The notes beneath the pieces were generated by a model that saw only the letters and a program-made list of their open reading frames with translations, did no database searches and was not told the origin of the DNA. A stretch of DNA of 63,869 bases, the filler included, from Neolecta irregularis DAH-3 (taxonomy: Eukaryota): assembly GCA_001929475.1 (NCBI GenBank). It is 8 parts of 8 records of this genome, joined end to end, with 100 filler letters (N's around TTAATTAATTAA, not from the genome) between each part and the next. Parts side by side here need not be neighbours in the genome. Positions count along the whole stretch, not along the records: positions 33,691 to 39,858 come from LXFE01000314.1; positions 39,959 to 50,702 come from LXFE01000316.1; positions 50,803 to 55,614 come from LXFE01003114.1; 5 more parts are not named here. One strand, 5' to 3'. The position numbers and the translations under genes were made by a program. Below are positions 37,629 to 52,074 of the stretch, piece by piece; within the stretch, counting starts at the first letter, position 1, and each line of letters opens with the position of its first letter.

Positions 37629-39166
37629 ATGCACCTAACCACTAACCTTTCACAGTTTTCTTCAGCAGCATTTTCTCCAACAGGAAGACTCATAATAGTA
37701 GCCTTGGCAGCCTCTTCGATAACCGCGGCCTCAATTTTCGCTTATCAAGGAGCCTCCCGTCGCAGACGAACTCGTGATTTGAAGAACTCTTTGCTAAAAG
37801 ATCATTTCCAGGATGCCGCTCTCAACTCCTTTGGTGGCCCAACGCCATCTGAGCCGGTTTTAACCTGGGACGAATCGTTAGTAAACGAACAACTTGCTCG
37901 AAATATTGCATTTTTAGGAGAAGAAGGCGTAGCTAAAATTCGAGAGAGTTTTGTGATTGTCGTTGGAGCTGGTGGTGTTGGATCATGGGCTGTTACCATG
38001 CTCGTTCGGTAAACAGCTTGCTTGTTAAAAATTAATCTATTAAAGTTCTGGCGTGGGTAAATTACGAATCATTGATTTTGATCAAGTCACTTTATCAAGT
38101 TTGAATCGACATGCAGTAGCGACGCTCGAGGATGTAGGGACTCCCAAAGTCATCGCTTTGAAGAAGCACATGAAAGAAGTCGCTCCGTGGGTTAATATCG
38201 ACGCTCGAGTTGATCTTTGGACAAAAGAAAAAGCTCAGTCTTTACTTTCTGATAACCCGACAATTGTTCTCGATGCAATTGACAACAGTATGCGTATTTC
38301 TCAACCCTAGATCTCAGAGTCTAGTACCCACAAAAGCCGATTTATTGCATTATTGCAACCTTCATAATATCGATGTGATTAGCGCAATGGGAAGTGGGTG
38401 TAAAGCTGATCCTACACGGGTTCAAATCGGAGATATCTCAACAACGACCCAAGATCCTCTCTCACGCGCCATTCGTCGAAAACTCCGTATTTTAGGAATT
38501 TCCTCTGGAATACCAGTTGTCTACTCTACCGAAAAATCCGGGAAGGCGGCATTGATACCACTACAACAAGAAGAATACGAAAAGGGACAAGTCGATGAAT
38601 TAAGTGTGTTGCCAGATTTTCGTGTTCGGATATTACCTGTTCTTGGTCCTTTACCAGGGATCTTTGGGTACCTGCTTATCTCGACAGCATTATTTTAACC
38701 CAAAAGCTTGACAATGGCGAATTATGTTATTACTAGAATCGCAGGATATCTAGTTGACCCTCCCATTGGCAAAAACCGTACAAAGATTTACGATACAGCG
38801 TTATATCATCTCAGATCTCAAGAACGCCGTCTTTTTTCTAACGAGTATATTTTCTTAGTGTGCTCTGCTAATGCAAGCTCGATACCATTGACTCTCTCGG
38901 ATGTAAACTTTCTGATTGAAGAGATATATCGCGGAAGAAGTGCCATTCCGCCACATCATATACAGAAACTTGTCCTCACGCGATGGAGGAAAGAAGACGT
39001 CGTTTCAATAAGGAACGTCGTTTGTATGACAAAGGAAGAGGCCGGACGTCACGAAGTAGATATTTTACAAGAGGGCAAGGAAATTGAGGAAATATACACT
39101 CTAGACATTCTCGAAATCATAGAAAGTCGAATACAGGAGGCGATAGAGATGGAGAAGTGGAGATAG
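37629..39166 (+). CDS. tRNA threonylcarbamoyladenosine dehydratase (ThiF/TcdA family, Tcd1/Tcd2-like), 5 exons
   Basis: EQLARNIAFLGEEG, VVGAGGVGSW, IDFDQVTLSSLNRHA, DAIDN, DPLSRAIRRKL, RVRILPVLGPLPGIFG. Confidence 0.93.
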
Positions 39167-39360
39167 ATTTTAGAGTATATACTATAAGAGTCAAAAGATA
39201 ATGTGGCTAGCGAAGTTAAAGAGAACAGGCATTAATGAACTAGCCCTTGGAGCGCGATTCGCTAGGTGATGGCAGCATCTGAACCAGTGATGAGTGAGAA
39301 CCCATATCTGCAAGCGTATACCCTCGGGTAAAGCTTACTCTAAACGGTGAGCAGGTGAGA

Positions 39361-39448
39361 GCGCTGGAGCGGGCGAGGCAGTTGGAGTGGCGAGGGCGCT
39401 GGAGCGGGCAAGGCAGTTGGAGCGGGCGAGAGAGTTGGAGCAGGTGAG
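39361..39448. repeat. 18-bp minisatellite in a GC-rich relic next to a contig end
   Basis: About five copies of (C/T)TGGAGCGGGCGAGGCAG variants. Confidence 0.8.
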
Positions 39449-39958
39449 AACCGGGTTGAGCGGTGCCGCTATGCACAGTGCTGCGCCTGCACTCAGCAGC
39501 AGGCAGGTGCAGGGACAGATACCCTACAGCATAGCGTGCTGCCTCAGCAGCCACGAGCAGCGGGTGTGCGCGCAGTCCAGGCACATCAGTTTGAGTACCA
39601 GCTCGCCATCCGCAAAACCTGACAAAGAGCACGGCGAAGAGCGCAGCAGTATGTATAGGGCTGAGCCTGGCCCAGCGTGGAAAGTACAAGGTTCAGTACT
39701 GCAACTCGCAAGATAGCCAGCAGCGATGAGTGGTGAAAGACTGGAGGAGGGAGAGAGATTGGGAATGGATGCGATTCGGGCGGTAAACATGCAGCAGTTC
39801 TCCCACCCGTTGTTCTCCCTTGCCTGCCACCTTGACTGTGCTCACCGCCTCTATCGCTNNNNNNNNNNNNNNNNNNNNNNNNNNNNNNNNNNNNNNNNNN
39901 NNTTAATTAATTAANNNNNNNNNNNNNNNNNNNNNNNNNNNNNNNNNNNNNNNNNNNN

Positions 39959-40021
39959 GAAGTACGTTTACTTAGGCTAGTTATATCACTTGGTCTTATC
40001 GTACTTCTAAGCGCATAGCTT
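39959..40021 (+). mobile_element. Pogo-like transposon relic (near-identical to 63291-63353)
   Basis: GAAGTACG..TACTT.GGCTAGTTATA.CACTTGGTCTTATCGTACTTCTAAGCGCATAGCTT shared between the two sites. Confidence 0.75.
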
Positions 40022-40494
40022 ACACTTCGCATAGCCTTTCCTTTTTTACCTACAGCGTGTACTGGATGAAAGTATATTGGGATTCTGCGATTATTTAGGC
40101 CTCTTTCTTTCAATAAGAACAATAATTAATCAATCGAATCAATTCGAGAACCAACACGGTCGCAATCATTTGAACCCATTCATTACTAACAAAGCCCTAT
40201 AACTTTATCCTCCTCTTTCAACAACCGTTACACTCACTTCACATCCATCATCCTCCCTGGCTTCTGATCCTTGGGACGGATTCTGCGCTACACACTGCAC
40301 TGAGTTTTACCGTGTTTCACGCTTCTAAAGTTGATGAGAATGAGCCTCACTTTGTATACATTAATTATTCCTTGTTCAATTAATTAATAAGGACATTGTC
40401 CGCGAAAGCTCGCCTCAGAAAAAGGTAGTTATATACAAGAATATACAACCCGATTCATACAACCCGATTCATTCCCAGGACAAGAGAAGGAGAT

Positions 40495-42836
40495 TTACAT
40501 TCCGATATGAGAGCCTTTACCTCCTGCATTATGCAGATCGCTCATGGAAATCTTGATTTTCCTGCCAGTCATGAATCCATCAGACCCGGTAACGTTCATG
40601 AATACCTCGACGATCCATTCGTACCATACTTTACGTCCGTCTGTTTCTCGCCAAAACATAACCTGTATGTCGCAATTTTGCGGGACATAGATCGGTGTCT
40701 GCCGTTTAGAAATTCACGAGAGAGGAGTTGGGAATACCTTTAAAGGGAAGAAAATTGGAAACCACGAGATCATATCTTTGTTTTTCTTGTCGATTGAGTT
40801 TGGGCGGATACTCAATTCGATATCACCGTATAAAACAGCCTCAAAATATCCGGCTATTCCATGTACAACACCAGCGTCTCCAACATGAAAGGAAGCCTTT
40901 CCGGACCGCCGATTATGTACATTATCTTTTAGATTTTCCGGAACAATGGATAAATTTGGGTGTTGAAATTCCCATATTTGTGCAGTTTCATTTGACAATG
41001 AGTCAAAGGCAGTCAACAGGACGACATAGGGTGTATCGTAAGGTGATGGAGCAGTATATTTAGATATATTGGCGTAGAGCTTTGGTGTCATTATCGGTGT
41101 AATATGAGCGGTATAGGAAGCCGGTATCGAGATGCCTCGGTCAGCTGAAGGTCAGCCAAACAGTAAAAGCCTTTTGTACGATTAAGCACCCGCTGTGCCC
41201 CGTCGATACATTCTGGGCTCAATTCATTATCACCGAAACTTCCGAGCAGTTCGCTAATTAGTATATCGACGAGTATAGGAGGATCCCAGGATCTAATATC
41301 ACTCCGAACTAGCTGTACGCGTTCTCCCCATTCTTCAGCCTTTCGACGTTGCAACCTTGGGTTAGAAATACTTCAAAAAAGAAAGACGATATACGTGACA
41401 AATGCGTTGGGATTTTTCTCGATAGCAAACAATTCGATGGTTCTTCCTAACTCTCTGGCAGCTCGGAGAGTGCAAGTTACCAGTGGACCTCTTCCTGCGC
41501 CGACTACAGCAACAATCCTGAATCATCAGCGGGTCACAAAAACAATAATACACTAGACCATTCTTTGGTCTTGCTGAAAGAGCTTTATGAATGGCTTTTT
41601 CGTAAAGGCTGTATTTCACAGGGTCTTTCTCAAACACCTCATAAGTCATGCTTTCAAGGTTATCCATCAACGGCTGACAGTTCAGCAGAACAGAAGATGG
41701 GATAAATCTACCTGTAAGGGCGTTTGAAGAAAGTCCTGGTAGCCGGCAGTGAATCTTTCAGTAGCGGTTGATGGGGGGATTGAGCGGTGAAGATAGCGTA
41801 TATATTGAAGATAGCTTAGCTTTCCTCCATTTCGCTCAAGCGTGTCCGTGTCTTGAAGTATGACAAAGGGGTTCAGCTAACGATCAATAGTGCCAAACGC
41901 GGGGATATATACAGCCATAAATCTTGTGATCATCAATTGATGCGTTTTCGAGAGAACAGGAAAACCCTTTGCGTTGGATAAGAATGTGTTCGAAGAGATG
42001 ACGAGAGCTTTTATAGGCTCTGTAAACCACCTGTTCAAAACCACCGGATTGACAGGTAAACGAGGCGGGATTTGAAGAGCTCATATCAAAACCACCCGTG
42101 CAGGAATAAATACCTACTGAAAGTCGAGGATGGTAATCGCAGACAGATCGTATCGTGTTCCAAACTTCCCAGAGGCTCAAAGGGTCACTTTGGATGGTTT
42201 TCTCAAGAGTGGGAGAGGACTGAAAGTCTTCTTCGGAGATCGGCAGGTGTACGCTAACCTACGATGTCAAACCTTGTTTCTCAACGGGAAACAAAACCTG
42301 GGCATGGGTAGAGCAGCCTAGAGCGGATTTCAATGCCTGTGCATACTGGACGATGCGATGCCTCCGTTTTGGAGCGGGAAGGATAATGTGTGGGATGCCG
42401 CAGTAAGAAGCATATTCGATTTCGCGATGTAGAATCTTGGGTGTAAACAATTGCCCGAGGACTAGCAAGAGATACTTCCTTGGAGATGGATGCGGCGAGG
42501 TCATCCTTGGAATCGGGTTCGATCCACGCGCTGGTAAAAACATGGATGTGAGCAAGGGGGTCTATACAAATCAGCTGCCGCAAACCGCGTAGCAGCACCG
42601 AGAGTAGTGATATTTACATCTGAGTCGAGCAATTGAGTAGCCGACGCCTGCGGTAAGCGCGAAATTGCCGAAGCAGAGATCTGCTGCTGGATGCGTTCGC
42701 GCAAACGGGGCTTGCTGAGTGGTAAAACTACAAAATCATAGCCGTCGGTGACGCTCTGGGCGAGCAAATTCTCGATATTCGTTTGGTCCTGCTGCGATCC
42801 CAGATAGCCAATACGCGCAGGCGGCCGGTCTGCCAT
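40495..42836 (-). CDS. PRMT5: Protein arginine N-methyltransferase 5 (Skb1/Hsl7), 10 exons
   Basis: [78 protein letters not shown]. Confidence 0.96.
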
Positions 42837-42952
42837 GGCGGCGAGGTTTGCGATCCGAGGCGATACAGCGGGCCGGGCCGGACCGGACCAGAAGGGGCCT
42901 CCCGGGTAGCTCCGCGTCCGGGAAGTACCGAGCTTCTATATGCATTGCGGTG

Positions 42953-42958
42953 TATAAA
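42953..42958 (+). promoter_or_regulatory. TATA box of a putative + strand transcript divergent from PRMT5
   Basis: TATAAA at 42953, about 190 nt upstream of the candidate template. Confidence 0.5.
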
Positions 42959-42979
42959 GGGTGCCTGTCCCGCCCCAAT

Positions 42980-44340
42980 CATGCCAACCATCTGCTTCCT
43001 CCACCTCTGCTCCTCCCCCAATGCCTGTCTCCCTCTCCAATGGTTTCTCGACCTGCCCCCACCGAAGCAAAGCCCGGCCTTTCTGGCCTATAGGCATAAA
43101 GAATGCGTCTGTGGTCATTTGCACGGGGTCCGCAGGCCGGAACTTAACCCTAAGTTTACAGTCGGTGAGCAGTGTTCTCTCGTTGCTTTGGGTCTGTTGT
43201 TTTGCGTCTCTTGCAGAGACACCATCTCTTGTTTGTTCAACGGACCTGGCGCTTGTCTGCTTCACACACGAACGGATTGTCTGCTGTCTCTGCCGTTTCT
43301 GGATTCTGTCTCCCCAAGTCGTTGGTCATCGCCGGCACGGACCTCGTTTTGACATAGACGTTGTTCCAGCGGTCCATTCTAGACTCACACACGCTCGGAA
43401 TCCAGAAATCGTCTAGACATGTAGTCTTCGTTACATTTGCTCGCCAAACTGTCCCTGATTGGGCTTTGCAAGCTTTAAGCAATTGCCATCTCGATAGAAC
43501 ACTGCGCGTTTGCAATACAACATCACCGACAGGCCCAACCCCGAACCTTCTTCGGGGAGGCCGTTTATTGTCCACAAGGCGGTTTTCGTGTTTCACGTTT
43601 GTCTGCCCAGGCTCGGATGCCTGACAAACAAAGGAAACATGAGGGACATGCAATACACACGAAGCGGCGATATGATGATATGTTGAGATGCTATGAACCA
43701 GAGATTTGTGAGGAGGAATTGCGAGTAGAAAGAAGCTTGGGACTCTTCTCTGAAGATGTCAAAGTTACATACTTGTCCATGAATCTTTTTCTCGACTAGT
43801 TCCAAAGATCTGCGTTTATCTTTTGGTTTAAAGCATCAGGGATGCTTTCATTGTGAAGAGCTGAATCGGGATGTCCTGATCTGGGGCATCCCGTTTTCCT
43901 CCCCAGATATGTCTCTTGTTCCAGTGCAAATGCTTACTTTTATCTATGAGCAGGGTACGACGGGTGAAAGGAGTGCAAGTAGAATTAATATCTTTCCAAT
44001 AGATAGATAGAATGAAATTAGATCATGCGCCAGGCACTTGCACATTCAGATCAATTCTCACAGCGGCTAAACTTACACCAAGTGTTTCTTATAACTCCTC
44101 TTTATCTGAACTGGGGTCAATCCAGGGTATACGCGTCTTTGGGACGGGCGTCGGTGTTCTTGCCGGTTTCCACTGTCCACGCACTCTCTTGAGCGGGTCG
44201 GGCTCTGTCTTGACGCTTTGCTCTGAAGAATCTGACGCGGAATTAAAGCGGACTGATGCTGTTTAGAGTCAACGGACGATTCCATCTAGTGCAAATACCT
44301 TTCTTTTCCGCCATTGTAAATAAAAACTAATATTTGCTGA
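42980..44340 (+). ncRNA. Candidate telomerase RNA gene (ends approximate)
   Basis: Template TAACCCTAA (43145-43153); boundary stem CCGGCCT/AGGCCGG (43074-43080/43134-43140); many GU-containing hairpins; candidate pseudoknot at 43931-44023; P6.1-like GGGTCGGGCTCTGTC at 44195-44209; no credible protein-coding frame. Confidence 0.68.
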
Positions 44341-45644
44341 GGTCTGTGTGACAATGAAGAAGTAATGGCAGCGAGGCTGTGGAAACAGTAGTACAGAGAA
44401 CAGGAAAACAAAGCGTTCGGACGAGACTTGTCGAGTTTCAGACTGCCTGGGTATTTAGAAGGATACGGAGAGCGACATGATTGGCAATGAACTGAGAGCT
44501 GGAGCAGGATCAAGAAGGGGCGTCGAGGAGGGGCCGCCAGCTTTATATTGGCATCAAGTCTGAGCTGTTCTCGAACCTTTCTTTGTGCGGAAGAGCTAAC
44601 TCGAAAGGGTCAAGTGCTTCGTACACCGAGAATTTATCAACGTGTCATCCAGGGGCATCATGCTTTGACAAACGGCAAGCTTGACCACATGCAGGTAAAC
44701 AACCTCAGCACGGATTCCGAGGCAGGGCAAGGATTGAGGACTTGGGGATTCTGATAACCAAACCTCATGTGTTTGAAGACTTGTCCGAACCATGGCAAAC
44801 AATCATGCTTTGAATTAGCCAGAATTTATCAGCCAGGCCCATTAACTCGCTGTTTTGTTGTTCCATTGGTCCCAGTCCGAGGGCCGGTCCCCTTTATAGT
44901 AGTCTGGTGACAATATAGGATTAATATGATTGGCAGAACTGTCCTCATGACGATTTCTAATTTTCCCATTAAGACTCCTGCATATCGGTGTTCCAGACGG
45001 CCTTTGGTCCTTGACAACTACATCGATCGCAAAGATACAACTATGATCGCCTAAAGCAAAGATTCAATCTCCATTTTCCACTTGTCCGAGAAAACGCCGG
45101 TATAATAGTGCTCGCCTCATTTACCGCTCTTTCATCGTTACGATCTTGCATGGCAAGAACACTCGCCGTGCAATTTTAATCTTCAATCAGTAGGATTAAC
45201 AGGTGTATAAAGAAGGACAAGTCCATGAAGAGGCCGATCACAAATCCCCAGCGGACAGCAGCGATTTCAGACTGTCCTATTTCCCAAAACTCGGATAGGA
45301 CTAAGTAAGGTCCTTCCTATCCACTGCAGAGTCAGTCGAGGACCTTAGCACGAACTAAAGCCTGCAACGAATTTCATTCAGATGGAATGAACTCCACAGT
45401 CCGAATAACACATAATGGACAATATGTCCGGTTTACTCCCCTACAAGAATCCTGTGCCCGGCGTCCAAATCAGGGAATCAGTTGCCAATTGCCATTGCCA
45501 CAAAAACATTTCAAAATTCATTGTATTCTACTTTAAAGTCACTGATAAAGTATTTGTAATTTCATAAATGGGATGGATAAGAAATATCGAGGTATCTATA
45601 CTGTACAAATCCTTTCTATTTTAAAAAATATTATCTAGCTAATT

Positions 45645-48188
<2,544 letters not shown>

Positions 48189-48450
48189 AATTTATCCCTA
48201 TGAAAAGGGTGGATGTTGATTGTGGTATGGTCACGTGAAACCAGACGAACAAGTGCGCGAATCAAGAAAGGTGAAATCCCAAAAACTTACAACAGAAAGA
48301 GAAAAGACTGGAGTATTGAAGAAATAATGAGGAGTAATATATTAATTGTCCTATGAATAGGATTATTGTAAGTATGCTATGCAGACTCACAACTTTCAAG
48401 ACGATCGGTATACTGTGTCACGTGACCCACCAGAACTTAGAGCAAATGGC

Positions 48451-48592
48451 AATCAATTCACAGCCATACAACCAACCAACAGATTCCAACAAAAGAAGTA
48501 TCCTCAGGATCAGAATTTAAAGGCGAAACTAATGGCTTACCAGAAACCTCGATTTAAGAATGTCAAAAGGGGACCTTTGAGTAAGCAGCTCA
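48451..48592 (+). repeat. Diverged dispersed repeat, copy B (homologous to ~22089-22230)
   Basis: Same colinear matches as copy A. Confidence 0.75.
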
Positions 48593-48727
48593 CAAACGTG
48601 CGATATCGATATCTCATCCTAGAAAATCACTTAATTACTAGCGCAATCCAATTATTATCAGTATAGAAAAACTTTTACATAAGCAGCTGCATCTGACCTT
48701 TGCTTGACTTTGAATCAAGAATCACTT

Positions 48728-50002
48728 TCAGTTGGTGATAATATCAATTAGACCCGATTTGAGTGCACCACTGGCCTTGTTGCTGAAGTTCTCTTGGAAT
48801 GAAGCAATAGATTTTTGAGTCCTTCCATATACGTTAGAGAGCACTGCTGTTACAAGATCGCGATAAATTATTATTTCCTCGTCCGACGGGCCCTTATCCG
48901 GTTGGTTAAAACCAGGTGGAAAGAGCGCCTTTGCCACAGTGATCAATACAGTTCCTGCCATAGATTGCTCGTCATTGTTGGTGTCAATGATACGGATTTC
49001 TTCAGGAGAAGTAATAGTATTATAATTCCAATCAATACGAGCCATTGCGTCTTGAAAATGTTTCAAAGCGAGTTTCTCGTGGTGCGGGTTGATTTGAGAT
49101 GTGGCTGCTACTATCAAAATTCTTTTGAAAGAACCACCATATCTGGAATCAACGTACTGTACTATCTCGTAATGATCAGGGCCGAATGAAACGATAAGCA
49201 GGTACAATCCATCACCTCGAATGAAAAGTATCTTGCTGGTTGGATCGTAAAGAGTGGTAATATCTGCACGAGCATTCCTGCCGAATACCTCTAGAAAAGT
49301 TAATACAATTGTATCAACCCCTTCTGAAAAAGTTTTTGAATTGCTCGAACGCTGTGCCCATGATTTTACAATGTCCATAAGCTTATCGTACAAAATATGG
49401 TGAGGTTTGGAAGCTGGTTCCCGAGAAAGCCATTCCTCAAAATTTACCATAACTGCTGGCTTGTCATGTATAGCAGTTTTGCAGACCCCTAGAATATCTC
49501 GATTTAACTTCAAATTAGAATCAGGAGATGATATCAAATATTTGGCTAAAATCCCACTAGCCCATTGTTCTACGGGCGTTTTATTGCTGTAAGAAAACCT
49601 TGCAATAACGTCTCGAACTAGTTCTGGTCCAGATATCCCAGATAGCCTTGTTATCAGAATTCTAGCATTACTTGGAAATACATACTCATATACTGCCAAG
49701 ACTTTATTAAGGGGCCAACTAGAAGGTAGGATCGATTTTGCCCCGTATGCGGGAGAGAGTAAACATAGTTTTTGTTTAGACATGGCAAATGAATGGCAAA
49801 AGTATGGCACCAACCGGCATTCTCGTGCGCATGCTTCTATTGCTTGGTCCTCATCCTTAATCAGCAAGACCAAGATTTTTCCTCTCGGCACAGAGCCGTC
49901 GTTATTGGTGTGAAACCCAGTAAATTTCTGTGTGAAATACTCGAGATCTGATGCCACACAAAGAGTACAAAGGGCGATCAAACATAGGAGCTTTGGAAAC
50001 AT
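48728..50002 (-). CDS. Secreted protein (424 aa): PAN/apple module plus a C-terminal domain resembling a degenerate Ulp1/CE-clan protease
   Basis: Signal peptide MFPKLLCLIALCTLCVA; CARECRLVPYFCHSF...CLL; C-terminal LYLLIVSF...IVQYVDS...SMAGTVLITVAKAL...EEIIIYRDLV; upstream TATATAAG on the minus strand; intronless. Confidence 0.75.
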   Translation of the reverse strand: MFPKLLCLIALCTLCVASDLEYFTQKFTGFHTNNDGSVPRGKILVLLIKDEDQAIEACARECRLVPYFCHSFAMSKQKLCLLSPAYGAKSILPSSWPLNKVLAVYEYVFPSNARILITRLSGISGPELVRDVIARFSYSNKTPVEQWASGILAKYLISSPDSNLKLNRDILGVCKTAIHDKPAVMVNFEEWLSREPASKPHHILYDKLMDIVKSWAQRSSNSKTFSEGVDTIVLTFLEVFGRNARADITTLYDPTSKILFIRGDGLYLLIVSFGPDHYEIVQYVDSRYGGSFKRILIVAATSQINPHHEKLALKHFQDAMARIDWNYNTITSPEEIRIIDTNNDEQSMAGTVLITVAKALFPPGFNQPDKGPSDEEIIIYRDLVTAVLSNVYGRTQKSIASFQENFSNKASGALKSGLIDIITN

Positions 50003-50308
50003 CTTTTTGGATAAGTCGAAACTAGGGTGACCCAGGTGACCATGGTGGGGCTTATATAGGGAATGTCTCCTCTACTTCCGCTTTCGTCCTTTTTTCTGCT
50101 TTTTTCATTTCTTTTTTTCGTCAAGTTATTTGCACATTAGCTCACATGATTACAGGAATCTGACTGGGGGGCTGCCTCGCGACTGCAAATTTCGGTTTCT
50201 CTTACTTTCTTGTCTTAACTTCTCAAACATTTTGCCCCCTGCGCCCATTAGCGATTCTTGCGGTTTGCTTCGATTCAGTTTCATCCTCTCTCCGTTTCTA
50301 TTTGTACA

Positions 50309-50458
50309 TACAGTCAACCTTGGCTATTGGGACCCTCCGTATAAAGAACCCAACTGTCTGCCAAAACTGATTTTAATGCGGTATTTTGCTATTATATACA
50401 ACGAATCCTCCTACTGAACACGCTGTCAAGTCACTTCGTTATGCCCGGTTCGACTATA
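50309..50458. mobile_element. Pogo/Tigger-like MITE relic
   Basis: TA|CAGTCAACC...GGTTCGACTA|TA imperfect TIRs. The left end aligns with the reverse complement of 63730-63771. Confidence 0.6.
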
Positions 50459-50802
50459 TTCCACTTTCAACATCATCCTGACGTTATACAACTTGCCTTG
50501 TATGTAAATGTGCTTGCCGTTCACCCGCGAACAAACCCTGGGTTAGTTTCTTTTGTACAGTTCGACACCCCCCTAAACGCAACACCTCGCCAAAAAGAAA
50601 CGTAAATTTCCAAACCAAAATTTCTCCCACACCACCTATTAAAAATGGAAACCAATGAGCAGATGGTACAATTAGATATCACAGATTTAGAAAATAGAAG
50701 ATNNNNNNNNNNNNNNNNNNNNNNNNNNNNNNNNNNNNNNNNNNNNTTAATTAATTAANNNNNNNNNNNNNNNNNNNNNNNNNNNNNNNNNNNNNNNNNN
50801 NN

Positions 50803-51984
50803 CTGCTTCATTATCTGCTTCATTATCTGCTTCATTATCTGCTTCATTGTGAAGCGTCCATAGTAAACCCCCTGCCGTGAACTGGTTAGGAGACGCCCAA
50901 GTTCGTCGAAATATTGTGTCAACAGCTGTATCCATTGCAGAGATTTTGATCTTTTCATAGGGAGTGATCATGTTTGCGATGCCCGTGAGGTACCGCACCA
51001 ACGCCTGATCGGTTGCCATTTTGAATTTCGCCGGAAAGATAATATCAACTGTGCCCATATACAGATTTACATTCCGTTGTGACTTTTGTATGAGATTAGC
51101 GACCTGGGCACGTGTTCTATGTCTGTTTCTAGAAAGACTTTCTAGAAGAGGAATGATGCGAGAAGGCCGCAGCGCCTCCGGTAGTGCAGATTCATTAGAG
51201 AGGAATTTCCGGATTGCGTTGCGACTAGTATATGAGGGATCTCCATTTGTTGGATCTTCAAGCCATTTGATGTTGTTAAATTTCGCCGTAGCTATTAAAT
51301 GAGACTTTTAAAAAGTTAAATGGGAAGTTTAGAAATTATTGTTTGTACCTTGCGCAGGCCCAGGAACGGTCGGAGTAGTCTTAAATCATTTGATTCGGTC
51401 GACGGATATCCTGGGATAGGGGCGATAGGCTCCATTCCAGCCAAGCCCCATGCCCGGCTTCCCATCATCAGTCGCATGAAAAAGGTCTCCATTTGATCGT
51501 CGGCATGGTGAGCCACAAGCAGGTCGGGCAATTTATATTGGAGACATGCTTCTGCGAGAACAGAGTATCGCAACTCCCGGGCATCTTTTTCAAAGGTGCT
51601 CGACGTGCGACGACTGGGAATTTGCGGTAAATCTAAGATTACGGATTTTAAACCTGGAACGAGTCAAAATGATTTACTCAATGCGTTTTTTACCCCAGTT
51701 AGTCACGAGTTTTTGCACATGCTGAGCTTCTCGAGTACTATCCGGGCGGGCATGATGGTCTACGATCAAGGCAGCGCCAAAGAATGGGGCTTGACTGCTT
51801 ATCTTAAGCTGGCTCACCAGATAAGCGAGAAGAAGACTATCGACTCCACCGGAAATCGCAACACCTCTGGATCAGCCATGCAAAATTATGGATATCTACC
51901 GCAGCGGTTTCTGAATCGAAATTTACTGAGTATGCGACGGAAACCATAGAGTGAAAGAGGAGCAATGGGGTCACCGAGTTTCAT
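50803..51984 (-). CDS. tilS: tRNA(Ile)-lysidine synthetase (TilS, PP-loop), 3' end truncated by the gap
   Basis: VAISGGVDS, VDHHAR, ARELRY, AHHADDQMETFFMRL, LLRPFL, EDPTN...RNAIR. Confidence 0.9.
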
Positions 51985-52074
51985 GTGTACACGACAAGAT
52001 TTGTGTCGGAGTTTGCACGAAAAGTTTCCTTGACCAGCCATCTATATTTGGACCACGCCTATCACCAGCGCGAG

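Noticed and set aside
39361..39448. Repeat arrays (here, 22270-22540 and 29010-29345) as CRISPR-like
   Set aside because: Eukaryotic context, no unique spacers of constant length and no cas genes.
42728..44300. Overlapping ORFs of 60-190 aa on both strands
   Set aside because: No recognisable motifs, intron pattern or consistent frame. GC-rich structured non-coding sequence explains them better.
50803..50848. 12-bp tandem repeat (NEAD)n at the end of the TilS frame
   Set aside because: Sits at the contig edge and may be the cause or the product of the assembly break; it cannot be interpreted as a protein feature.
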